Notes under the pieces: generated by a model
The model's database searches: none
What the model was told of the DNA's origin: nothing
Seen by the model: only the letters and a program-made list of their open reading frames with translations
Part shown: positions 9,309-17,664 of the stretch, in pieces
Position numbering within the stretch: the first letter of the stretch is position 1
Layout: the number at the start of each line of letters is the position of its first letter
NCBI RefSeq assembly: GCF_001306055.1
Contig: NZ_LGHJ01000017.1
Location: forward strand, 60,001-92,000
Direction of reading: 5' to 3'
Length of the DNA stretch: 32,000 nt
Source: Bellilinea caldifistulae
Lineage (GTDB): Bacteria; Chloroflexota; Anaerolineae; Anaerolineales; Anaerolineaceae
Position numbers and translations under genes: made by a program

Positions 9309-10337
9309 ATGTCATTTTTCATATCTAAAAACCACAAGAAAAGAATATTATTTCTCACAATTTTGACCCTGATGGTACTGGGTTTGTTTTTCCAAAACCC
9401 ATCCCCCGGTTATGCTGATCCGGTGAATTATGCCCTCGAATTCGACGGCTGGTCAAATTATGTTGCCACACGTAAGGAAGGGATCATTTTTGGCAGTTCG
9501 AGCTGGCAATCCACAAAAAGTATCAGCGTTTGGGTTAAACCGCTTGCGCCCTCTCCTGTTTGTACCGGCCCCGATCCCGGCAGTTGTCAATTAATTGTTG
9601 GGGACCGCCCGCGTTTTTGGGGCATCTACCGGGGCATCTTAAATGGCGAGGACCGTATTTGGGTATGGAATTTCGACAACAGTCCGACCAGTGGGTTTGA
9701 CTCAATCCCGATCATTTACGAAAATAATGAATGGATTCATATCACACTGGTTCATCACGACAACCGGTTGGATGCTTACCGCTTTGGATTTCTGGCGGGA
9801 AGCCGTGTGAGTGGAGCAAGCGTCGGCTTTTTTGATGACGGACCCGCTGACCAGACCGTTCTGCACATTGGCGGTGGTTTTACTCCCCCTGACCGAAAAT
9901 TTCTCTTCAAAGGATTGATTGACGAGGTACGGGTTTATAACCGGCCTTTATCCGGGGAAGAAATCCGAGCTGACATTTACAACGAGTTGTCCCCTCCTTT
10001 CGATTCTGCTCTGAAGGCTTACTATAAAATGAGCGATGGCAGTGGTCGGGTGTTGAGCGATGACAGCGGCAACGGCCACAACGGCACTTTAGATCACATT
10101 AACAATCAAAACCCGCCGGGAAATGACCCGCTCTGGGTCGTGTCCGGCCTGTTCGGCAGCGGTCCAACGCCCACCCTGCCAGCCACTTTCACGGTTACCG
10201 CCACCTTCACCAATACTCCATCTCCAACCGCAACCCGTCTACCACCCGGTTTCACACCTCAACCGAGTCTGACCCCCACCCGCACCCTGGATCCTAACAT
10301 GAACAATTTCCTGTTTCTTCCAATGGTCAGAAAATAA
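9309..10337 (+). CDS. Secreted LamG (concanavalin A-like lectin/glucanase, Laminin_G_3-type) domain protein with a Pro/Thr-rich C-terminal tail
   Basis: GGGAGG lies 10 nt upstream of the ATG at 9309. The signal/anchor sequence is MSFFISKNHKKRILFLTILTLMVLGLFF. LamG_3 motifs present are YALEFDG, SVWVKP, EWIHITLVHH and GLIDEVRVYNRPLSGEEI, followed by AYYKMSDGSGRVLSDDSGNGHNGTL. The C-terminus is PT-rich. Confidence 0.8.
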   Translation: MSFFISKNHKKRILFLTILTLMVLGLFFQNPSPGYADPVNYALEFDGWSNYVATRKEGIIFGSSSWQSTKSISVWVKPLAPSPVCTGPDPGSCQLIVGDRPRFWGIYRGILNGEDRIWVWNFDNSPTSGFDSIPIIYENNEWIHITLVHHDNRLDAYRFGFLAGSRVSGASVGFFDDGPADQTVLHIGGGFTPPDRKFLFKGLIDEVRVYNRPLSGEEIRADIYNELSPPFDSALKAYYKMSDGSGRVLSDDSGNGHNGTLDHINNQNPPGNDPLWVVSGLFGSGPTPTLPATFTVTATFTNTPSPTATRLPPGFTPQPSLTPTRTLDPNMNNFLFLPMVRK

Positions 10338-10357
10338 ATCTGTTAAGACTCCTGATA

Positions 10358-10390
10358 GCCGCCCGTCCTTGCTTGACGGGCGGCTTTTTT
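10358..10390 (+). terminator. Rho-independent terminator
   Basis: A perfect 10 bp GC-rich stem, GCCGCCCGTC (10358-10367) pairing with GACGGGCGGC (10375-10384), has a 7 nt loop and is followed by T6 (10385-10390). It lies 20 nt after the LamG stop. Confidence 0.85.
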
Positions 10391-10418
10391 ATGGCTATGC
10401 TTAAGCCAGCGAACTCCA

Positions 10419-11057
10419 ATGGAAAAAACGAATCGAATCATTCTGAAAGCCTTCTTCGGGCTGGGAGCCATTCTGACACTGGTTGTCAGCGGCGGCTGCA
10501 ATTTGCCCAAAGCCGGGCAAGCGCTTACCCCTACCGGAGATTGGGCCAGCACCGCTGCCGTGCAAACCGTCTCAGCCCTGACCACTCAGTTCGCCCTTCT
10601 GATCACTACTACACCGCCGGCTGTCGAACAAACCAGCCAGCCGCCTCAATCCTCGCCAACACTCACCCCCGCTGAAAGCATCAGACCCTGCGAGCGTGCC
10701 GAATTTGTCAGCGATGTGACCGTACCCGATGGCAGCGAGTTTTCCCCCGGACAAACATTCATCAAAACCTGGCGGTTGAAGAATACCGGTTCCTGCACGT
10801 GGACAACCAGTTACCGGGTGGTTTTTGAATCCGGCAACGTACTGGGAGCGCCCCCCAGTTTCAACCTGCCGGTGAGTGTACCGCCGGACGGGCTGGTGGA
10901 CATTTCGGTTAACATGAAAGCCCCCGACCAACCACGCGACTATGAAAGTTACTGGAAGTTACAAAATCCCCAGGGAGTTGTCTTTGGGTTGGGCAGCGAC
11001 GGCGGTAAGCCTTTTTGGGTGAAGATCAGGGTAATCACAGCAACCCCCGCGACTTAG
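10419..11057 (+). CDS. Secreted or lipo-protein with an NBR1-like Ig (N_BRCA1_IG/FW-type) domain
   Basis: The signal peptide has a possible lipobox (LVVSGGC) and is followed by a low-complexity T/P/S linker. The domain pattern is CERAEFVSDVTVPDGSEFSPGQTFIKTWRLKNTGSCTW...YESYWKLQNPQGVVFG, typical of bacterial NBR1-like domains. Confidence 0.7.
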   Translation: MEKTNRIILKAFFGLGAILTLVVSGGCNLPKAGQALTPTGDWASTAAVQTVSALTTQFALLITTTPPAVEQTSQPPQSSPTLTPAESIRPCERAEFVSDVTVPDGSEFSPGQTFIKTWRLKNTGSCTWTTSYRVVFESGNVLGAPPSFNLPVSVPPDGLVDISVNMKAPDQPRDYESYWKLQNPQGVVFGLGSDGGKPFWVKIRVITATPAT

Positions 11058-11228
11058 AAGGAATTTGTAAATTTCAACCCGAATTCAGGATCAAGAAAAA
11101 AGCAAAAGAGAGATCCTTACAGGCAAGCGGGACGGTCTCCCACAAATTCAAATCGCATATAGGAGAAAGCGAGTATCACCCGGTTTAGTAAGGATATTAT
11201 TCCTCTTGTGAGGGCAGACCTTAATTTT

Positions 11229-12626
11229 TTAAGGAGATGTCGTTTGCGTTTCCGTCGGCACCACCGTATCTGTCACAACCGGTAATGGCGAGGGGGTAAA
11301 GGTTGGAAGGGACGTTGGAGTGAATGTTTCCGTCTCGATTGGAATTTGCGTTGGCGTGCGCGTTGGCGAAGCCGTAAACGTAGGCCATGGGGTTCGCGTC
11401 GGGCGAGGTGTTCTCGTCGGGGTAATGGTGGGTGGCAGAGAGGTTGGCGAAGCCGTGAAGGTAGGCCGCGGCGTGCGCGTCGGCGGAGGTGTTCTCGTCG
11501 GGGTAATGGTGGGCGGCAGAGAGGTTGGCGAAGCCGTGAAGGTAGGCCGCGGCGTGCGCGTCGGCGGAGGCGTCCTCGTTGGGGTGTTGGTTGCCACAGC
11601 GGAGGTTGGGGTGAGGCTGCCCGCAGGCGTAGGTGATTCGGTGAGGATGGATGTGGCGGTCGGCGGAAGAGGAGAGGCTGAAGGAGTACTGGTCATTGTA
11701 CCGGTGACGGTAGGCGAGAGCGTAGGAGGAGGATTATCCAAAGCACCGGAGATTACCCACAGAGGAGGTGTGCCGTTGCCGGGAACGATATTCGTTCCGT
11801 CCATCAATTGACCTGTTTTGCCATGGCCGCTGTCGTCAGTAAGGGTCAGGCCTTCACCGTTGGACATTTTGTAATAAGCAACCAGCCCGGCTTCTGCACC
11901 AGTCAGTTCGCTCATCATCGTATCCTGTATTTCCTGCTGGCTCAGAGCGGTTGAATAAATCCGCAATTCGTCAATCTGACCCTGAAATCCCCAAAAACTG
12001 TGGTTTTGATTCTGGCTGTCCGCTTTGATCATCCCGCCAAAATACAAAACGGGTTGAGCAGGCGGCTGAGCCGTACCAATGCAATTAACCGAACCGACGA
12101 GATTCCCATTTTTATAGGCAGAAAGGTAGCCGTTTCCATGCACCAGCGCAATGTGCATCCATTCGTCGAGGGTGTAACCAAACTGAATCTGGCGAATAGG
12201 GGAATAAGGAGGATATGTGGAGGGATTAGCCGGATCAAAACAGGCCATCCATACCCAAATTTGAGTTGGGCCGCGGCTGATGCCCCACCAGCGAGCGAAA
12301 TCGCCAAAGATATTATCGCACTGAGCCGGTTCAATTCGGGGAATACCATTGATGACTGAACAATCCGCCACACCTTCTGGTTTAACCCATAAACTCACCG
12401 TTTTGGTGTAAACCCATCCATCATTGGGAAACATAGACACGGTACTGCCCAGGTTGACCATATCATCCCTGCCATCAAAAGAGAGGGCAAACCCCGCCAG
12501 ACCTTCTGCTCGTACTGCCAATCGGGGGGTAAAACCAACCGCCATCAGCCCAATAATGAGCATAAGCATCAATCCGCTGAAAAATAAACGATAGCGCGAG
12601 GAATTAAACACGTTTTTTAACCTCAA
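11229..12626 (-). CDS. Secreted LamG-domain protein, paralogue of 9309..10337, with a long PT-rich repeat tail
   Basis: The TTG start at 12626 gives a signal peptide, MRLKNVFNSSRYRLFFSGLMLMLIIGLMAVG...VRAEG. The motif order matches the paralogue: FALSFDG, SLWVKP, EWMHIALVH, GQIDELRIYSTALSQQEI, then AYYKMSNGEGLTLTDDSGHGKTGQL and PLWVISG. About 170 aa of P/T/S-rich sequence follows. Confidence 0.8.
   Translation of the reverse strand: MRLKNVFNSSRYRLFFSGLMLMLIIGLMAVGFTPRLAVRAEGLAGFALSFDGRDDMVNLGSTVSMFPNDGWVYTKTVSLWVKPEGVADCSVINGIPRIEPAQCDNIFGDFARWWGISRGPTQIWVWMACFDPANPSTYPPYSPIRQIQFGYTLDEWMHIALVHGNGYLSAYKNGNLVGSVNCIGTAQPPAQPVLYFGGMIKADSQNQNHSFWGFQGQIDELRIYSTALSQQEIQDTMMSELTGAEAGLVAYYKMSNGEGLTLTDDSGHGKTGQLMDGTNIVPGNGTPPLWVISGALDNPPPTLSPTVTGTMTSTPSASPLPPTATSILTESPTPAGSLTPTSAVATNTPTRTPPPTRTPRPTFTASPTSLPPTITPTRTPPPTRTPRPTFTASPTSLPPTITPTRTPRPTRTPWPTFTASPTRTPTQIPIETETFTPTSLPTFTPSPLPVVTDTVVPTETQTTSP
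11354..11568. repeat. 81 bp in-frame tandem repeat (27 aa unit PTRTPPPTRTPRPTFTASPTSLPPTIT) inside the LamG paralogue
   Basis: Copies at 11407-11487 and 11488-11568 differ at a single base (T at 11433, C at 11514). A partial copy of roughly 80% identity lies at about 11354-11406. Confidence 0.9.
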
Positions 12627-12870
12627 CTGCCCTTTTGCAAAAGTTAACTAAAGTTTCTTAACTTCATTCAAGCGGGTGGATTTCCCCCTGTTCAACTACC
12701 GGTACAGAAGTTCACCCCAGCCTGTTCCAGATTGGGCGTTCAAACCCTGATCTGCCCAGTAAAAACACCCATCTACACATTGTCCACTACTTCAATCAAA
12801 ATAATTGAATTTATCATACCTGAAAAATGGGGAAGTGTTCTTTATAAATTTTTTATAGTTTTCTCCCGCC

Positions 12871-14196
12871 CTAACCGTTGTTTCTTCTCCGTGACCATCC
12901 CCAAACAATGCCTGCAACCACCAGTGCCGCTAAAAGAAATATACTTGCAGCTTTCCCAGAAATGGAATCCGCTGGTTGTCCCCCCTCTTTAGCGGCTTCG
13001 GTAGCCGCATAGGTCGGAACAAAAGAAGCCGTCGAATCAAGCGGGAGCGTGGATATCATGCTGGGAGATGCCTGAGGGGTTACTGAGGGTAGGCTTGAAA
13101 TCACGGTTGGTGAATTGCGAATTTGCATTTCTATGGTCGGTGAGGAAGCGGCAGGTGACACCAAAAACCAATCGCGCGTGATCGTGTCGGTGCTGAAAAA
13201 CTCCCATAACTGATGGGCTACCTTCTCAGCCCCCGCCGGTGAGGGATGGGTGCAATCTCTGGTCAAATCACTCCCCAACCAGAAAAAACCATCTTTTCTG
13301 GGATTCTCGCCATCAGCCCACAGATACGGTCCCCAGGAAAGAAAAGGCGCTTTAATTTCCCCCTTCTCCGGATCGAAATTCAATGCCGGGTCCCCTGCAA
13401 TCTGTTTCTCGATCAGCCATTTCACCGCAAAACCGGTCTCATAAGCCAGCGGTTCCGGGCTCAATCCGCGCCAGTAGGTATAGGATCGCGTCCGGCTGGA
13501 AAGGAACACCAGTTTCAGATTAGGAAACTTCTCCTTCAAGTGCAGAACGACCGCCTGCAAATCCGCCTGTAAAGCCTCGGCCTTCTGCGGAAAATCTCCC
13601 CCGCCGGTGTTGGTCAGTTTGATCCAGGCTACCTGAACCTGTTGGGCAGTAAATCCATAGCCGGTAATTCTCCTGTCCAGCTCCTGCCAGGCAATTCCAT
13701 CGGGATTGGCCCAGCGTTCAGCAATCTGGTTCGGTAATGCCCCGTTCAATAACACCAGCTGCGGATTGAGTTCCGCCTTCTGTTGAGCCAGCCGCATAAA
13801 AGCCCCAAACTCGGTTGCTGTATTGGACATACCGATGGAAATCAACAAAATCCTCCCGTTTATGTCATCTCTCAGCCCCTCTTTTGTCAAGGGTTGTATC
13901 TGGTGAGATAATTCCAAACCGGCCGCTTCGTGCTGTACCGGCCGGTTGTTGCTTCCTTCGGGATAAAGTCCTCCGCTAAAACCGGTGGACTTCCCGTCCA
14001 TGCGGATATATTCATTCCCCCCCAGTTCGGTCAAGGGCAATGCCACCGACTGAAATGGCATGGTGCAAATTTCAGGCGGCTGAGTGGTTTGAGCCTTCAC
14101 CGGATGTACTAAGGACGCCAGCAGGCCGAGTAAGACGAGACCTGAAAGCAAAGAAGAAATGCGAATCCATTGCTGGTTGAACTGCACATGCACCAT
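12871..14196 (-). CDS. Secreted SGNH/GDSL-like hydrolase (putative esterase) with an S/T-rich linker and C-terminal transmembrane anchor
   Basis: The signal peptide is ...LLGLLASLVHPVKAQ. A candidate block I, LLISIGMSNT, would supply the Ser nucleophile, and a candidate block V, TRDCTHPS, matches D-x-x-H. The C-terminus, ASIFLLAALVVAGIVWGWSRRRNNG, is a TM helix plus basic tail. The family call rests on motifs only. Confidence 0.55.
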   Translation of the reverse strand: MVHVQFNQQWIRISSLLSGLVLLGLLASLVHPVKAQTTQPPEICTMPFQSVALPLTELGGNEYIRMDGKSTGFSGGLYPEGSNNRPVQHEAAGLELSHQIQPLTKEGLRDDINGRILLISIGMSNTATEFGAFMRLAQQKAELNPQLVLLNGALPNQIAERWANPDGIAWQELDRRITGYGFTAQQVQVAWIKLTNTGGGDFPQKAEALQADLQAVVLHLKEKFPNLKLVFLSSRTRSYTYWRGLSPEPLAYETGFAVKWLIEKQIAGDPALNFDPEKGEIKAPFLSWGPYLWADGENPRKDGFFWLGSDLTRDCTHPSPAGAEKVAHQLWEFFSTDTITRDWFLVSPAASSPTIEMQIRNSPTVISSLPSVTPQASPSMISTLPLDSTASFVPTYAATEAAKEGGQPADSISGKAASIFLLAALVVAGIVWGWSRRRNNG

Positions 14197-14281
14197 CCAT
14201 CGAGAGGCTCACTCCCGCCCGATTCCTTCAAACGAGAGTGAGCCAATTAGCCCTTGCCAGATTCGTTGCAGAATTTTTTCC

Positions 14282-16090
14282 TTACGGCAGCCGGGTAATG
14301 CGCCCCTGACCACCTTCAGGATATTGGACAGCCGTGATCAATCCGCCCAACCCGGATTGGATATAATTTCGAAGAGATTGCTGGTAAGTTACTCCGACGG
14401 TAGTAAAAGCAGCCCCTCGGAAGGGATACTGATCACCACCGCGCGCCAGAAAATCAATCGTCGCGACCGTCAAATCCGGGCCGGGGATGACGCTTCCATC
14501 TCCGACAATCTGAGTGCCGTCATCCAGGAATACATCCTTAACTCTCGAACCAACCGTAACGACATTCCCATTTGCATCCAGCGTTTGAGCGGTGCCGGTT
14601 GGATCCCAGGTAAAGCGGAAACCGGAAATTTGGGCAAAGCGTCCATCCCCAAATTCCACCCGCGAAACGGCGTTTTCCAAAATCTGCTTGAACTGATCTC
14701 TGGATACCCCTTCCACAATTGAAACAAAGTTTGGGAAGGGGAGAATCGAGAAGGTGGTCAACTCGGTAATGTTGCCAGCCGGGATGATAGAAGCATTCCG
14801 AATTCCTCCACCATTTTGGAGAGCTACTTGGGGCACACTCACTCCGTACACGCCTGCCAGTTGAGCTGCCTGCCAGCGCAATGCGTCAGCAGTCAAATTA
14901 CCCAAATTGGTTTCCCGGCTGCGAATGTTGGTTCTTGTGCCGTCCAATGCCACTTCGCTCGCCCCAATTACATTCATACTCATTTCATTAAGCGCCTCAA
15001 TCAGCGGCTCTACCACTCTGGATTGGACTTCCTCATCGGGGGGAACTGCGTCCGGCTGACCGCCCCCCGCAACCCGCACCGGCCCGCTTTGAGACTCATC
15101 AATCATGAGCAGGTTACCAGCTTTGTCAAAACCTGCCACCAGTCGTCCCACGTAGGCATAACTACCTGCGGTCGTTACCACCGGCACTTGAACACCGTTG
15201 GAATCAGTTGCCCACAAGGGGTAAGAGCCGAAAATACGCCCTTCGTCACCCGGCACCAATAATTGGCCGGGATTGGCCAGTACCTCATCACCACCGCCAG
15301 CGATGATGATGTCAACTCCTGAAAGATAAGGCACCATCGAAAGGTCTTCGGTAATGCTTTGCAGGTGACTGATCAAGATAATCTTGTTGATTTTCATCGT
15401 TTCCAGGCGGCGCACTTCTGCCATGACCGCTTCGGCAACCATATCATTGACCCGCACATTGCGTGGACTGGAAATGTACGGAAGCATGGGAGTAGTTGCA
15501 CCAATAATACCCACCCGTCCCGCCGGCGTTTTTATGGTGGTGCTTGTTGCAATCCTTTTCTGATTTTTCAATTGCTGCAAACGTGGTTCAGCCGAAAAAT
15601 CCAGATTAACGCTCAGGAAAGGTGGATTCGATACCGAAAAACCCTGAATGAAGTCCGCCAGCACATCCGGCCCAAAATCGAAATCGTGATTCCCCAACGC
15701 AATCGCGTCATAACCAATCAAGTCCATGGCGATGCTGTCGTAAAATGGCACACCATTTTTAATGCTGGCATTAAATTCCGGGCCAGCCAAGAAATTATCG
15801 CCAGAAGAGACCATTACCACACTTCGCGGAGCTGTTGGGACCGGCGGCTTGCCGTGGAGTGCATCCCACTTCAATCTATCCACCAACGTCTTGAAACGAG
15901 CTGCTCCACCAAAATCTTCTAAACCGCTTCCCAGATTGATTAAATCCGACTCTCCGTCATTGTTATGTAAAACAGTCAGCCAAAAGGCAACTTTTGGCTG
16001 ACTGGCTTGAACAGTATTGTTGGGTAAAAGCCCAACCCCAAGAGAGAGAATGAGCAAAAAGGTCAAAATATAAGAGGCTGTTTTTTTCAT
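14282..16090 (-). CDS. Secreted bifunctional metallophosphatase/5'-nucleotidase (UshA-like)
   Basis: The ATG at 16090 has GGAG 5 nt upstream and gives a signal peptide, MKKTASYILTFLLILSLGVG...VQASQ. Metallophosphoesterase motifs are VLHNNDGES, SGDNF and GNHDFDFG. The C-terminal substrate-binding domain reads RSRETNLGNLTADA...GGIR. The track start at 16129 is rejected. Confidence 0.9.
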   Translation of the reverse strand: MKKTASYILTFLLILSLGVGLLPNNTVQASQPKVAFWLTVLHNNDGESDLINLGSGLEDFGGAARFKTLVDRLKWDALHGKPPVPTAPRSVVMVSSGDNFLAGPEFNASIKNGVPFYDSIAMDLIGYDAIALGNHDFDFGPDVLADFIQGFSVSNPPFLSVNLDFSAEPRLQQLKNQKRIATSTTIKTPAGRVGIIGATTPMLPYISSPRNVRVNDMVAEAVMAEVRRLETMKINKIILISHLQSITEDLSMVPYLSGVDIIIAGGGDEVLANPGQLLVPGDEGRIFGSYPLWATDSNGVQVPVVTTAGSYAYVGRLVAGFDKAGNLLMIDESQSGPVRVAGGGQPDAVPPDEEVQSRVVEPLIEALNEMSMNVIGASEVALDGTRTNIRSRETNLGNLTADALRWQAAQLAGVYGVSVPQVALQNGGGIRNASIIPAGNITELTTFSILPFPNFVSIVEGVSRDQFKQILENAVSRVEFGDGRFAQISGFRFTWDPTGTAQTLDANGNVVTVGSRVKDVFLDDGTQIVGDGSVIPGPDLTVATIDFLARGGDQYPFRGAAFTTVGVTYQQSLRNYIQSGLGGLITAVQYPEGGQGRITRLP

Positions 16091-16282
16091 TTTTTCTCCA
16101 AATCTGATCAAATGGCAGGAAAGGAACATTCGCCCATTAACCGGCCGGCATAAATCAACACGATTTTCTCTTATATCATTCCTCCTTAATTTTATATTTA
16201 TTGACTTATATTATTGATTATATCAAATATTACCCTGTCATCATTAAAATTTACAGGAGAGCAGGAAACTCACCGTTTGGAG

Positions 16283-16312
16283 AGGACAAAACTGGCCATT
16301 GACCGTTATAAT
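16283..16312 (+). promoter_or_regulatory. Possible sigma70-type promoter for the receiver-PP2C gene
   Basis: A perfect TATAAT at 16307-16312 has agGACA at 16283-16288 (18 nt spacer). This would give a leader of about 80 nt before the ATG at 16397. There is no other support. Confidence 0.3.
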
Positions 16313-16396
16313 GAACCTGTACAGCCCGCGAATACCAGTGACCCTCTGGGACATCATCTTTCTTCGGTGACGGAGTCTTTCTGAAGGCAGGAATGA

Positions 16397-17647
16397 ATGA
16401 ACCCTTTGAAATCTGCCACGCGCGTTGCTCTGGCTTCTGATCAGGCAATTTACCGCAAAGGTCTCTCCTCATTGATCATGAGTATCAAGAATTTTCAACT
16501 TGTCGGTGAAGCTCAGAGCGTCGTCGAAATTGTTGAGTTATGCAAAATGACTCAGCCGACCCTTGTTTTGCTGGATTTTAAAAGCTCAGCCGAGCAGGCC
16601 CATTATCTGGTCAACGAAATTCACTCCCTCTGGCCGACGATGAAAATTGTGCTGCTGCTCGACTGCCCAGAAGAGACCTTACCTCTTGAAGAATTTGGCA
16701 GCGTACCCCTCTACCTCTTCTCCCGCGATGTAAACGAAGAAGAATTCAAAGCAGCCTTGCTTCAGGTCGAGCGCGATCCTTCCCCCTCACCCGAAAAAGA
16801 AGACATGCCACACCCGGTTTTCAATCATTCCAATCTCTCGCCTTTCGAGAAAGATCTGGAGGAAGCTTTCCCTTCTCCTCGTTCCACCGCAGCCGAAAAC
16901 GAGGAATTTACCAGCCGGGAATTGGCCATGGCTGGTAAAATCCAGGCCGACATTCTGCCAGAAGAAGCTCCCCACCTGAATGGTTGGGAAATTGTGACTG
17001 CCCTGCAGCCCGCCAGAGAAACCTCCGGCGATTTCTACGATTTCATTCCCCTCTCGAACCATAAAATGGGTTTTGTGGTTGCCGATGTTTCGGATAAAGG
17101 AATGGGAGCAGCCCTGTTCATGGCATTGAGCAGCTCGCTCTTTCGCACCTACGCAGTTCGTTTTCCGACCCTGCCGGCCATCACCATGAGCGCTGTCAGC
17201 GAGCGCATCCTCTCCGATACCCGCGGTAATATGTTTGTAACGGCCTTCTTTGGCATTTTGGAACCGCTTACCGGCAGGTTGACTTATGCCAACGCCGGTC
17301 ATCCTCCCGGCTTCCTGATCAGTGTTTCCGGTAAAGGGAAAATCTCTCTGAGCGAATTGAAAACCACCGGTATGGCACTGGGGGTTTCTGAGCAGGCCCG
17401 CTGGACGCAAAAAACGGTCCGCTTGTCTCCCGGCGATCTGCTCATCCTCTATACCGATGGAATCACCGAAGCCCAGAACGAAAAAGGCGAATTTTTTGGC
17501 GAAGATCGCCTTTTGGATGTGGCGCTGGCTTATGCAAGCCACCCTGCTGCCGAAGTTCACTCAGCCATCTTGAATGCGGTGCACCACTTTGTCGGCCATG
17601 CCCGCCGCTCGGATGACATTGCCTTGATTGTGGTACGCCGACAATAA
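16397..17647 (+). CDS. Response-regulator-like receiver domain fused to a PP2C/SpoIIE-type serine phosphatase (RsbU-like)
   Basis: The N-terminal region has a NarL-like receiver pattern (VALASDQAIYRKGL...QLVGEA...PTLVLLDFKS...KIVLLLD). The C-terminal domain carries SpoIIE motifs: SGDFYDF, VVADVSDKGMGAALFM, AGHPPG, LYTDGITEA and SDDIALIVV. Confidence 0.85.
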   Translation: MNPLKSATRVALASDQAIYRKGLSSLIMSIKNFQLVGEAQSVVEIVELCKMTQPTLVLLDFKSSAEQAHYLVNEIHSLWPTMKIVLLLDCPEETLPLEEFGSVPLYLFSRDVNEEEFKAALLQVERDPSPSPEKEDMPHPVFNHSNLSPFEKDLEEAFPSPRSTAAENEEFTSRELAMAGKIQADILPEEAPHLNGWEIVTALQPARETSGDFYDFIPLSNHKMGFVVADVSDKGMGAALFMALSSSLFRTYAVRFPTLPAITMSAVSERILSDTRGNMFVTAFFGILEPLTGRLTYANAGHPPGFLISVSGKGKISLSELKTTGMALGVSEQARWTQKTVRLSPGDLLILYTDGITEAQNEKGEFFGEDRLLDVALAYASHPAAEVHSAILNAVHHFVGHARRSDDIALIVVRRQ

Positions 17648-17664
17648 GGGGTCATTGCGCTGGG

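Noticed and set aside
11340-11600. A regularly spaced direct repeat that could be mistaken for a small CRISPR array.
   Set aside because: The units are contiguous (81 bp period with no unique spacers), in frame within a long ORF, and encode a PT-rich peptide. There is no leader and there are no cas genes.
11320-11811. Two plus-strand ORFs (163 aa and 96 aa) with striking GVRVG / RRARRR repeats.
   Set aside because: They are the reverse-complement reading of the Pro/Thr-rich repeat in the minus-strand LamG gene. The periodicity comes from the 81 bp repeat, not from an independent gene.
9309-12626. LamG or lectin-fold surface proteins as possible diversity-generating retroelement (DGR) targets.
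   Set aside because: There is no reverse transcriptase in the window. I found no template/variable repeat pair, and the two paralogues are diverged throughout at the DNA level rather than differing at adenine-specific sites.
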